Part shown: one piece after another, positions 10,030 through 19,244 of the stretch
Layout of the letters: every line of letters starts with the position of its first letter
Position numbering within the stretch: position 1 is the stretch's first letter
Source of the DNA: Bacteriovoracia bacterium
GTDB taxonomy: Bacteria; Bdellovibrionota; UBA1018; CAIPTA01
DNA: 64,000 nucleotides
Direction: 5' to 3'
Assembly: GCA_050246755.1 (NCBI GenBank)
Contig: JBFWVL010000001.1
Coordinates: forward strand, 1,120,001-1,184,000
Notes under the pieces: generated by a model
What the model was told of the DNA's origin: nothing
Databases searched by the model: none
Seen by the model: the letters and a program-made list of their open reading frames with translations, nothing else
Made by a program: the position numbers and the translations under genes

Positions 10030-11424
10030 TTAGTACGCCCCAATCCCGCGGATCGCCGTGGCGATCGTTTTGCACATAATTATGAGATCAAGGAGCAGAG
10101 AGCGATGCTCGATATAGAATAAATCGTATTCCATATTGGCGTGGATCGGCTCGCCTCTTACGGCACTGATCTGCCAAACGCCCGTGATCCCCGGCTTCAC
10201 CTTCAGGCGCTCACGCTGTTCCTCATTGTAGGTAGACACAATGAAAGGCATCTCCGGACGCGGGCCCACAATACTCATATCACCCCTCAAAACATTCACG
10301 AACTGGGGAAGCTCGTCGAGGCTGGAGCGACGCAGCCAGCGGCCGAACTTCGTGATGCGAGGATCCTCCGAAGATTTCGGCGTGAGCGCGTAGGCACTAG
10401 CCTCCACGTGCATGGAGCGGAATTTATAGAAATTAAATTCCTTACCATTTAGCCCCACTCGTCTTTGCCGAAAAACAATCGGCCCCGGACTATCGAACCG
10501 GATAATCGCGGACACCACCAGCACCACGGGGCTCAGCACGATTAACGCCAGCAACGATACTACAATGTCGAATAGCCGCTTGAACGCCGGGTAGAAAATC
10601 TGCGCGCTCCGCTCCTTCTCCTGAATCACCGGAATCCCGCCGAACTCACGCACCTCGAGATTATGCATCAAGTGGCCATAGGTAGGCGGCACCACGGAAA
10701 TCTGCAGGCCTAGCTTTCGCCCAAGCTCGGCGATTTCCAAATTTCTTTGATACGAGGCGGAAGGCATCGCGATAAATAGATCGCTGAGCTGTTCCGATTT
10801 CGCCATCTTCACAATCACATCAATCCCGCCGAATACCATCGCACCGCTGCTGGCGCTCACCTCGCGAATCGGAATCGTTTTTCCCCAGAGCGAAGAATCA
10901 TCGTCGAGAAATCCAACCACCCGCACGCCCAGAGCCGGCGAATGATACATCCGCTTATAAATGTGCCTTCCCACTACCCCAGCTCCGTAGATCAGCGCCT
11001 TGCGATAGGGCTTGCCGAAAATCAGCATCTTAATTCCCACTTGAAACATAATGGCGCGCTCAATCAAGAGGACGAAGAACGTGATTCCAAGCGCAGAGGT
11101 GATCATCAAACGGGAGAGATCGAGAATGCGAACGTAAAACGTAAAGCTGAATAGCAAGAGCGAGCCAAATACCCAAGAAAGCAAAAGTCGGCGCGTTTCG
11201 TCCACCTGGAGCAAGCTGGTTTCCCGCTCGTAGAGCCGGGCCGCGTGAAAGGTAAATAGAAAAATTAGAACTGCGATACTACCCAGACTCAAAAACTGGG
11301 AAAGCGAGTAGGGAACAGTGCGCGAGCTGTTGAGGTACAGCAGGTAGGCTGCGCCGAAGGAAAAAAGCACGGCCGCCGCATCCGCCACCCGGCGCAATAG
11401 AGAGAAAAGTTTTGAGCGATTCAC
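10030..11424 (-). CDS. Polyprenyl-phosphate hexose-1-phosphate transferase (initiating sugar transferase)
   Basis: N-terminal TM helices, IYGAG Rossmann-like domain, KFRSM, DPRITKFG..LRRSSLDELPQ, VGPRPE, KPGITG. Confidence 0.9.
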   Translation of the reverse strand: MNRSKLFSLLRRVADAAAVLFSFGAAYLLYLNSSRTVPYSLSQFLSLGSIAVLIFLFTFHAARLYERETSLLQVDETRRLLLSWVFGSLLLFSFTFYVRILDLSRLMITSALGITFFVLLIERAIMFQVGIKMLIFGKPYRKALIYGAGVVGRHIYKRMYHSPALGVRVVGFLDDDSSLWGKTIPIREVSASSGAMVFGGIDVIVKMAKSEQLSDLFIAMPSASYQRNLEIAELGRKLGLQISVVPPTYGHLMHNLEVREFGGIPVIQEKERSAQIFYPAFKRLFDIVVSLLALIVLSPVVLVVSAIIRFDSPGPIVFRQRRVGLNGKEFNFYKFRSMHVEASAYALTPKSSEDPRITKFGRWLRRSSLDELPQFVNVLRGDMSIVGPRPEMPFIVSTYNEEQRERLKVKPGITGVWQISAVRGEPIHANMEYDLFYIEHRSLLLDLIIMCKTIATAIRGIGAY

Positions 11425-11504
11425 GGGCTAGAGACTATCGCAAAACCCCTCTCTACGCGAGGCTCTAGCCACGCTTGCTGCCGCGCATTAGTCTTCGGTA
11501 ATGC

Positions 11505-11540
11505 TTTGGTCCTTCGACAAGTTCCGATACCATTCCCTCG
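11505..11540 (+). promoter_or_regulatory. Putative sigma70 promoter, leaderless arrangement
   Basis: TTGGTC-16-TACCAT (11528-11533), then 7 nt to ATG 11541; no SD. Confidence 0.4.
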
Positions 11541-12269
11541 ATGAAACTTTCGGTGGTGATCCCCTGCTATAATGAACGCGCAACGGTGCAAACCCTGCTG
11601 AAACGCGTAGCCTCCGCCCCCCTCCCCCCCGCCATCACCGGAACGGAAATTCTCCTCGTGGACGACTGCTCCACCGACGGCACCCGCGAAATCCTCCGCG
11701 CAATCGACGCCGACCCCGCCGCGGAAATCGGGCTCCTGCCAAACCAGACTTTCCAAGCGATCTTTCTTGAAACCAATACCGGCAAGGGCCACGCCCTCCG
11801 CCGTGGCTTCCATGAAGCCTCCGGCGCCATCTTCCTCGTGCAGGATGCCGACCTCGAATACTCCCCCGAGGACTACCCCCTCCTCCTCAACCCCATCGTG
11901 AAGGGCGATGCCGACGTTGTGTTCGGCTCCCGCTTCATCGGACTCGAACACCGAGTGCTCTATTTCCATCACTACATGGTGAACAAAACCCTAACTTTCA
12001 TTTCCAACCTCCTTACCAACCTCAACCTCACCGACATGGAAGCTTGCTACAAAGTTTTCCGCGCCGACGTTCTGCGCCGTATTCCTCTCGTGAGCGATCG
12101 CTTCGGCTTCGAGCCCGAAGTAGTGGCCAAGGTAGCCCGGCTCCGCGTGCGCGTATTCGAAGTGGGCATCCGCTACCATGGCCGCACCTACGAAGAGGGC
12201 AAAAAGATCACCTGGAAAGACGGGATCGCGGCCCTCTGGCATATTTTCCGGTTTAATATTTTCCCGTAG
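11541..12269 (+). CDS. Family 2 glycosyltransferase (DPM1-like)
   Basis: SVVIPCYNE, VDDCSTDGT, GKGHA, QDADLEYSP, DMEACYK, RFGFEPE, GKKITWKDG. Confidence 0.92.
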   Translation: MKLSVVIPCYNERATVQTLLKRVASAPLPPAITGTEILLVDDCSTDGTREILRAIDADPAAEIGLLPNQTFQAIFLETNTGKGHALRRGFHEASGAIFLVQDADLEYSPEDYPLLLNPIVKGDADVVFGSRFIGLEHRVLYFHHYMVNKTLTFISNLLTNLNLTDMEACYKVFRADVLRRIPLVSDRFGFEPEVVAKVARLRVRVFEVGIRYHGRTYEEGKKITWKDGIAALWHIFRFNIFP

Positions 12270-12401
12270 GAATCCCTTGGAGGACTCTATGAAATGCCTA
12301 TTGCCATCTCACGGCGTCGGAATTCTGGTCGGAGATTTATTCGGAAGAGCGAACAAGAACCGAACGGTAGATAATACCTTCGACGCCGGAGAAACCCCGT
12401 G

Positions 12402-13169
12402 TCAGCCGATCTTCTTACGGGCCCACTGCATTCCCCAGAGCACGAGAAACGCCGGATTATTGAACAAGTATCGCCGCCACAGCCTGCGCGGCTCTTTATA
12501 CAGACGATAGAGCCATTCCAACCCAAACCTTTGCATTAGCTCCGGCGCATCAGGCACCGCGCCCGGCAAGATATCAAACGCCGCGCCGATTCCGAACATA
12601 ATCCCCTTCACCGCGTTCCGCTGGCGGAACATCCAGCGCTCCTGCTTCGGCGCTCCGAGACCAATCCAAACAAAGTGCGCCCCGGTGGCATTGATCCGCT
12701 TAGCGATATCGTCCCAATCCTGAATTTCTTCCAGCGGCCGGAAAGGCGGACTCTCCGCTCCCACGATATCTGCTCCGGGATATTGCTGCTCGATCGTCTT
12801 TTTCAAGCGCACAAGGTTCTTTTCACTCCCGCCATAGAGGTAATGCTTCGCGCCCCAACTACGCCCGCGGTCCAGCAGATCGCGCATCAGCGAAGGGCCG
12901 CGCACCCGATCCTGCTCATTCGCGCCGAGAGATTTCATTCCCCACACGAGGGGCATTCCATCCGGAACCGAGAGCAGGGATTTATTGGTGATCTCTTGGT
13001 AGGAGGGATCGAAATAACCGGTCATGGTGGTGTGGACGTTGGAGACGCAAACATAGCCCGGCTTGTTCTCTTTCGCGCACTGCTCTAGAAAGGCGTGGAC
13101 GTTCGCGCGGGGGAGAACGCTATAGTGAGATCCGAGGAGATTGATTCTTTGCGGGCCGTTCGTAGACAT
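12402..13169 (-). CDS. WecB/TagA/CpsF family glycosyltransferase (GT26)
   Basis: PDGMPLVW, RVRGPSL, WIGLGAPKQE, GIGAAFD, GLEWLYRLYKEPRRLWRRY. Confidence 0.93.
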   Translation of the reverse strand: MSTNGPQRINLLGSHYSVLPRANVHAFLEQCAKENKPGYVCVSNVHTTMTGYFDPSYQEITNKSLLSVPDGMPLVWGMKSLGANEQDRVRGPSLMRDLLDRGRSWGAKHYLYGGSEKNLVRLKKTIEQQYPGADIVGAESPPFRPLEEIQDWDDIAKRINATGAHFVWIGLGAPKQERWMFRQRNAVKGIMFGIGAAFDILPGAVPDAPELMQRFGLEWLYRLYKEPRRLWRRYLFNNPAFLVLWGMQWARKKIG

Positions 13170-13180
13170 CGAATCTCCGC

Positions 13181-13777
13181 CTAGGGACGCATCATCCGAA
13201 TCAACGCGTTCAGCACCTGCATTTGGCGTTCGCAGTCGTAAACCGCTTCGTGCTTAGATCCTTCGATCTTTTCCGACATCTTCTGCGCTTCTTTGAGAAC
13301 CGCATTGATTTCATTATTTCCACGCACGTTGGCTACAAGATTCAACGCGCCGGCCATTTCGTAGATGCGGTAGTGGCAATCACCCACGAGTTTATCGTTC
13401 TCGTATTTCGCGGGAACCAAGTAGCCGTGGTGCGCGAGGAAGGGAATATCGAAAATTCCGGCGTTCCATCCGGCGAAGAAAATATTCGGGGGATTGGCAC
13501 CACATTCTACGCAGAAATCGATGATCATCTGTCGCACTTTAGCCGGCTCTACGAAAGGCGCCGCCTTGCAACGCTTGTAGAGCTCCATCATATGCTCTTT
13601 GGCAAACTTCGAGTCGGGCTCGCGATCCGTATGCTGAACGAAGTCGAAAACTTTGCCCTTTTCCCAATAGCCACCGAAAAAATTCATTTCGATGATCGCG
13701 ATTTGCAAAACCTCACCTTTTAGGGGGTCTATCCCGGTGGTTTCGATATCGATCATGAATAGCTTATTGAGGGTCAT
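13181..13777 (-). CDS. DEDDh 3'-5' exonuclease (DnaQ/oligoribonuclease-like)
   Basis: Exo I DIETTG, Exo II NAGIFDIPFL, Exo III HEAVYD. Confidence 0.8.
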   Translation of the reverse strand: MTLNKLFMIDIETTGIDPLKGEVLQIAIIEMNFFGGYWEKGKVFDFVQHTDREPDSKFAKEHMMELYKRCKAAPFVEPAKVRQMIIDFCVECGANPPNIFFAGWNAGIFDIPFLAHHGYLVPAKYENDKLVGDCHYRIYEMAGALNLVANVRGNNEINAVLKEAQKMSEKIEGSKHEAVYDCERQMQVLNALIRMMRP

Positions 13778-13832
13778 CGTAGGGAATTCATACCTTTTCT
13801 GGGGAGGGTTCGTAAAGACAATCTACTCCGGC

Positions 13833-15260
13833 CTATAGCCAAGGCGGCTCTTTCCCACAAACACCCTTTGCCCAGCGGATTTTCGCCAATTCCCGGCGAT
13901 CTCTGCCCGAACAGAGGAAAATTTCGGAATACCCCTCCTCGCGCAAAGACTGACCGAACTCGATCGGATTGACGCTGCTCTCAGGGAAATCCAGGTCGAG
14001 ATAGATGGGCGTATCGCATTTTACGGAGGATTTTGACTCTAGGAACTCTTCCGGTTTCACGAAGTGCCTCACCAGAATACCGCGTTTCTCGGCGGAAATT
14101 TTCCAAAGCTCGGCGAGCTTTACGTCGTCTTCGATCAGCACGATTTCTTGGGCCACCGGCGGAACCACCAAGCGCATCTTCGTACCGCCGCTCGATTGAG
14201 ACACAATTTGCAATTGGCCACCGAGAGATTCCACAAACTCTTTGGCACCGAATACTCCCAAACCAAATCCACCCTCTTTGCCGAAGGTAAACCCGCGTTG
14301 ACCGATCTTGCTCATCACCGACGCGGGGATTCCACCGCCGTTATCGAGAATCGAAAGACTTATTCCCTCCGCGCAGCGCTCAGCCTCGATCGCAACGGAG
14401 CCTGTATCTGATTTACAGGCCTCTACCGCATTATTCACGAGATTCGAAACCACCCGACGCCACATATAGGAATCGCCGGGAAGAACTACGCTTTTCAGAT
14501 CTTTGCTCCATACCGCTCCGATGGAAATTTTGCTTTCTTTGTACTCGATCTGCTTCTCTTCCACGAGCGCACCCAGCCAATCGCCGATCGGCTCTTTAGT
14601 TTCACTTTCATCTTCACCGAGAAGACTAGATACGAGATTTTTCAGGCGCCCGAGCGCGTCTCTCCTAAGGCGTTCGTGGCTACCCTGGATAATTTCGGCT
14701 TCGCGATCAAGCATCCAGAGCGCTGCTAGCGGCGAACGAATATCGTGGGCGACCTGACGCGCGAGCGCGGCGAGGTCGAACTGGAAACGGTGTTGCTGGA
14801 AGAACATTTCTTTTTGGGAGAGGAAAACTAGGATCGCTAGGGCGGCCTGGAGTAGGAAGAAAATGCACAACCCCCAGAGAATCTCGGATTGGGGACGAAT
14901 ATAGAATTCGATGCTGATGTCGCTGTTGGTGTCTTTGATCTCGCCTCGGGCACGAAAGAAGGACTCGACGCAATCGCCTTTTTTCTCTTCGAAGAAGACT
15001 AGGCCGGATTTTCTTGCGACGACGCATTCAAAATGTTCAGGCTTGGTCAACGCAGCTAGTTTACGCGCTAGAAGAGAAGAATCTCCCCGACCTATTTCTA
15101 TAAAGCTTTGCCCTTGAAAATCCTGAATAAAACTTTTGGTAAAGCTAGACAACTGAAAATGTAAGAATCCCACCACCAAAAGAGACGAAGCAATAACCAA
15201 GAGCAATTGTGCCGTACGTAGCATTCTTGCTTTTTTTGGAGTGCCTCTTACTGCTATCAT
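13833..15260 (-). CDS. Membrane sensor histidine kinase with C-terminal receiver-like domain
   Basis: Two TM helices, H-box QVAHDIRSPL, N-box NLVNNAVEA, G boxes DNGGGI and GFGLG, then IVLIEDD..IYLD..CSG receiver-like tail. Confidence 0.88.
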   Translation of the reverse strand: MIAVRGTPKKARMLRTAQLLLVIASSLLVVGFLHFQLSSFTKSFIQDFQGQSFIEIGRGDSSLLARKLAALTKPEHFECVVARKSGLVFFEEKKGDCVESFFRARGEIKDTNSDISIEFYIRPQSEILWGLCIFFLLQAALAILVFLSQKEMFFQQHRFQFDLAALARQVAHDIRSPLAALWMLDREAEIIQGSHERLRRDALGRLKNLVSSLLGEDESETKEPIGDWLGALVEEKQIEYKESKISIGAVWSKDLKSVVLPGDSYMWRRVVSNLVNNAVEACKSDTGSVAIEAERCAEGISLSILDNGGGIPASVMSKIGQRGFTFGKEGGFGLGVFGAKEFVESLGGQLQIVSQSSGGTKMRLVVPPVAQEIVLIEDDVKLAELWKISAEKRGILVRHFVKPEEFLESKSSVKCDTPIYLDLDFPESSVNPIEFGQSLREEGYSEIFLCSGRDRRELAKIRWAKGVCGKEPPWL

Positions 15261-15347
15261 TTCTCCAGTTTACTGGTGTGGTTCAGTCTACGTCTATCGC
15301 GAAGTCGCCGAATAGTTGGAAAAGATTTTTTGAAAGTGAGCCTCAAA

Positions 15348-15920
15348 TTGAATATCTATGAACTGATAAAAAAACGCCGTAGCATCAGAGCTTATTTGCC
15401 CGACAAAGATATTCCAAAAGAAACCCTTAACCGGATATTAGAGGCAGGAACCTGGGCCGCATCAGGAAAAAATCTTCAAAACTGGCGGTTCTTTGTTTTG
15501 CGCGGCGAGAAAAGAAACAACTACCTTAAGCATAGCCAAAAAAGCTGGCTGGCGATTAAGGACGTATTAGAAAAACGACTTAAGCCGAGTTTATATAAAT
15601 TTACTGAACGTTTTTTCTATACACTAGGCGAAGCTCCAGTTGTCTTAATTGCTTTTGCAGAAATCAACGATCAAGATCACCCGCAAACGCAAATTGGAAA
15701 CGTCTACTTAGCGATTCAGAATATCGTTTTGGCGGCGGAGTCGGAAGGTCTTGGCACTTGTATAATGGGAAGTCCACTAGAAGTTGAAGACGAAATTCGA
15801 AAATTCCTTGATATAGAAAGAAAAGATTGGAAGTTAGTGTGTGGTCTTACAATCGGCTACCCGGCGCACACGCCACCCGCCCCCCCCAGAAGAAGCAATG
15901 ACGTCATAACGTTCATTTAA
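15348..15920 (+). CDS. Nitroreductase-family flavoprotein
   Basis: KRRSIRAY, AASGKNLQNWRF, QNIVLAAESEGLGTC, IGYP; exact start uncertain (TTG 15330, GTG 15336 or TTG 15348). Confidence 0.88.
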   Translation: MNIYELIKKRRSIRAYLPDKDIPKETLNRILEAGTWAASGKNLQNWRFFVLRGEKRNNYLKHSQKSWLAIKDVLEKRLKPSLYKFTERFFYTLGEAPVVLIAFAEINDQDHPQTQIGNVYLAIQNIVLAAESEGLGTCIMGSPLEVEDEIRKFLDIERKDWKLVCGLTIGYPAHTPPAPPRRSNDVITFI

Positions 15921-17416
15921 CGTTGTCCGATCCACTGGATTTCCGAAAGCCCTAATAGAACATTATACCTTGAAAGATCAATTGACGGCTTAATCCAAAT
16001 GCCCTTTTTTCTATGAATAACCGGCCACACCAAGCCTTGACTAATTAGCTCTTCATTGACCTTCTGTGGAGAAAAGGGTTCTTTAACTAGCTCTTCTCTT
16101 ATCGCACCCGTCTCATCCGGCAGATGAATGCCCTCTCTTGAGAACATCAACCGAATATCTTCAAGCGGCTCTACTGCCAGTACTTCTGTTGCGTAGAAAC
16201 CCACGTCCATCGCAAAATTCTTTTTTTCGAAGTCGGCATCCTTGTCTTGAAATTCAAAAGTAATATTTTTTCTGGGAGTAGAAACAAATCCGATCTCAGC
16301 AATGGCTCGATCTAATGCAACAAGCGCTTTCTCAACTATTCCGCCAACTTCTCTGAAATCACCAAATGATATTTCCTTTCTACCCTTCCAATCGAAGCGA
16401 AGATCCTTGTCAGTCAGCGTCGAATTGACCTCTTCGATACCTTCCATTGTAAGTGGGAAAAATGAATTCACGGTCTTGGATTGATTTTTAGAAAATTTTT
16501 CTAGAAATTTTTGATAAAGAGATCTTCTTATCGAAATATTACTAAGGGGACTGGATCTTAACTTCCACGAATGAACCTTAAAGTAAGAAATGCCTATGGC
16601 CCCCCCGCCATTAAATATATGCGTTTGGGCTGCATCCTGATATGTATCCGCGCCCTCGAAAGCGTCAGCAATTAGATCATTTTGAAAACCAAAAACTAAA
16701 TCTACTTCTTTGAATACCTCTGGATGGACTAGGTCTTTCGGAAAAGAATCCTTTAATTTCAAAATAATTTTATCGGAGCTTACCTCCGCAATCGAATAGG
16801 GACCGGCTCCCAAATACTTTTCCATTGGAATATTTAGCCAGCTACCATCTACGGCACTAAAATTCCTGGGGTCAACGACTGAATAAAGGCCAAAAGCCAC
16901 TGCTTCCATGAAGTTTGGCATTGGTTTAGTAAACTTAAATATAACCTGTCCGGCTCTGCTAGAAACTCCAGAAAACGAAGGGAAGTAAGGCGCCTTGAGC
17001 GAATTTAAGTCGCGAAAATACTCAACGAATCCATTTTTTGAGTTTCGCTTTTTACAAAGAAATATAATTCTCTGAATTGACCGTACAACATCTTCCGAGC
17101 TCAATTTTTTTCCGTCGGAGAAGTATATGTCATCACGAATTTTTATTTGCCATTCCTTATTCGAATCGAGCGACTTCCAACTTTTTGCCAACTGTGGCGT
17201 TATTTTAGAGTCGGCAAAGTTAGAAAATAAACGAATACTGGTGGCACTTTGAATTGGCTGCAGATCTGACAAGTCAAATTCAAGGGGATCTAAGGTGTGA
17301 GGAAATTCGTGCGTCGAGATGATCAACTTACTTGAAGCCTTAGCGGTCGAGCGATAATTCCAAAATCCAATAGCAACTAAGACACCACAAAGTAAAAGGA
17401 GGGCTTTAATTTTCAT
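15917..17416 (-). CDS. Orphan ABC-type solute-binding protein (family 5, OppA/DppA-like)
   Basis: N-terminal signal/anchor, TLDP, PQLAKSW, FSDGKKLSSEDVVRS, GAGPY; no permease or ATPase nearby. Confidence 0.75.
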   Translation of the reverse strand: MKIKALLLLCGVLVAIGFWNYRSTAKASSKLIISTHEFPHTLDPLEFDLSDLQPIQSATSIRLFSNFADSKITPQLAKSWKSLDSNKEWQIKIRDDIYFSDGKKLSSEDVVRSIQRIIFLCKKRNSKNGFVEYFRDLNSLKAPYFPSFSGVSSRAGQVIFKFTKPMPNFMEAVAFGLYSVVDPRNFSAVDGSWLNIPMEKYLGAGPYSIAEVSSDKIILKLKDSFPKDLVHPEVFKEVDLVFGFQNDLIADAFEGADTYQDAAQTHIFNGGGAIGISYFKVHSWKLRSSPLSNISIRRSLYQKFLEKFSKNQSKTVNSFFPLTMEGIEEVNSTLTDKDLRFDWKGRKEISFGDFREVGGIVEKALVALDRAIAEIGFVSTPRKNITFEFQDKDADFEKKNFAMDVGFYATEVLAVEPLEDIRLMFSREGIHLPDETGAIREELVKEPFSPQKVNEELISQGLVWPVIHRKKGIWIKPSIDLSRYNVLLGLSEIQWIGQR

Positions 17417-17628
17417 TGCTATTACTTTCCTCTGAATGGGTGGCCTTAATAACTGCTTTTAAAATTTCTATTATTGTATGTGCCGCTTTTTATTTCAGCA
17501 AAGAGCAGCTTGAGGTCGCCTGAGTCCGAATAACTTAATAGTAAACTCATTTTTCCGTGTGAAGCACCTCCCCCCGTGTACCCCACAAAACTTCTCATAC
17601 TCAACCCCCCAATTTCCGAAGAGAAAGC

Positions 17629-18426
17629 ATGCTCCAGAGTGAAGCGCGCAACCCTCGCCTGATCACCTACCTCGCGTATGTGATGTGGTCCTTTCCCGTG
17701 AGCTACGTTTTGCTCATGGGCACGTTTTACAATCTGCCTTTCGCGCGCATTATTTCGCTCTTCTTCTCTTTTGTTTACATTGTCCATTCCGTGCTCGCCG
17801 TCTTCATCGGCTTCGCGCTCTACCGCCTTCGCCCCTATGCCTGGCACCTCTACGTTTTCCACACCTTCGTAATGATCGGAGAGCAGTTCTACGTCGGATA
17901 TCGTTTCGCCGAGAACCACGTGGTGGAGATTCCGATCGCGTTCATGTCGGTATCGGCTTTGATCGTGCTTCTTCTGCTAAAACGCGAGCTGCGCGTACCG
18001 TATTTCAGCCCGAAGATCGCCTGGTGGGAGAGCGATCCGCGCTATAAAATTTCCGTGCCCGCGCAGATGACCTGCTCCGACCATTTTTATAAGGGCGACA
18101 TCATGGATATCAGCTCCTCGGGCTGCTTCATCAAAACCAAGGATCCGTTAAAGGTGGATCAGGAAATCAAAATCAAGTTCTCGCTCTTCGATCATAAGTT
18201 CGATTGCTCTGGCCGGGTGGTTTGGAGAACGGAATCGGGTGTTACCCACCCCAAAGGCGTGGGCGTGAGATTCACCGCGCTCGAGAAAAACGTGCATGCA
18301 GATTTGCGGGAAACGGTAAAAAAACTGAAGAACCTTTCGCGCCGGTATCAGAACATCCGCGCCGAAGAGAAGGCCGTTACCATCGAACGTAAGGTAGAAG
18401 CTCTGATCTCGCAGAGAAAAGGTTGA
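17629..18426 (+). CDS. Membrane protein with C-terminal PilZ domain
   Basis: About 4 TM helices, then WWESDPRY, DISSSGCF, GRVVW, GVGVRF. Confidence 0.8.
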   Translation: MLQSEARNPRLITYLAYVMWSFPVSYVLLMGTFYNLPFARIISLFFSFVYIVHSVLAVFIGFALYRLRPYAWHLYVFHTFVMIGEQFYVGYRFAENHVVEIPIAFMSVSALIVLLLLKRELRVPYFSPKIAWWESDPRYKISVPAQMTCSDHFYKGDIMDISSSGCFIKTKDPLKVDQEIKIKFSLFDHKFDCSGRVVWRTESGVTHPKGVGVRFTALEKNVHADLRETVKKLKNLSRRYQNIRAEEKAVTIERKVEALISQRKG

Positions 18427-18458
18427 TCCAAACCGCGTAATCCATTACGATTTTCCTT
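18423..18458 (+). promoter_or_regulatory. Putative sigma70 promoter, leaderless arrangement
   Basis: TTGATC-17-TACGAT (18446-18451), then 7 nt (TTTCCTT) to ATG 18459; no SD. Confidence 0.5.
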
Positions 18459-19208
18459 ATGAAACAACTCTTTACGCTATGCGCCATTGCTTTGCTCTTG
18501 GCCTCCTGCGCCACGGGCGGATCTAAGCTCAAAGAGAAACAGAGCGATATTTACTTCAGCGCCGGCGTGGAGTCGCTGCAAAGGGGCGATTATACCGATG
18601 CCCTGCGGGCCCTTAAAGAATCCGTAAAATTAAACCCAAAATCCGCGGAAGGCTGGAGCAATCTCGGTCTCGCCTACGCTGGAAAAAAAGAATTCGCACG
18701 CGCGGAAAGCAGCTGGAAGAAAACCCTGGACGTGGATTCTAGCTTCACGGATGCACATTTAAATCTCGGCGCGCTCTACATGGAACAGAAACGCTACCCG
18801 TTAGCCGAACAAGAACTCCGTGCCGCCATGAAGGACCTCACCTATGGAAAAAGCTCTCAGGTAAAATTTAATCTTGGCCTGCTCTATTCGAAGCAGGGGA
18901 AAAATCTTCTCGCTCAGCAGTATTTTAAATTAGCCGTAAAAGAAGACGACGGTTTCTGCCCGGCTTGGTTCCAGCTCGCGCAAATCCAGAAGAGCCAGGA
19001 CAATCTCGATGAAGCCGCCAGCTCGTATAAAAAATCCCTTACAGGCCCCTGCTTCAATAACCCGCGGGCACATTACGAGCTTGGTGAAATTTATTTGAAG
19101 GCAAAAGAACCGGCACTGGCTAAATCGAAATTGCTGGAGATCATTCAGTTCTTCCCCTCCACCGACTGGGCGCGGAAGGCCGAGATCACGCTAAACACGA
19201 TTCGCTAA
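18459..19208 (+). CDS. TPR lipoprotein, type IV pilus pilotin (Tgl/PilF/PilW-like)
   Basis: Lipobox LLASC, tandem TPR repeats, directly upstream of rodZ as for pilF/tgl in many proteobacteria. Confidence 0.75.
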   Translation: MKQLFTLCAIALLLASCATGGSKLKEKQSDIYFSAGVESLQRGDYTDALRALKESVKLNPKSAEGWSNLGLAYAGKKEFARAESSWKKTLDVDSSFTDAHLNLGALYMEQKRYPLAEQELRAAMKDLTYGKSSQVKFNLGLLYSKQGKNLLAQQYFKLAVKEDDGFCPAWFQLAQIQKSQDNLDEAASSYKKSLTGPCFNNPRAHYELGEIYLKAKEPALAKSKLLEIIQFFPSTDWARKAEITLNTIR

Positions 19209-19244
19209 ATGCGCTAAGAAAAGGAACTGGGCTGAGCCCGAACC

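Noticed and set aside
17446-17550. 34-aa ORF MSLLLSYSDSGDLK.. upstream of the solute-binding protein, considered as a signal-peptide precursor
   Set aside because: No signal sequence or recognisable leader, SD poorly spaced, and the region more likely holds the promoter of the downstream gene.
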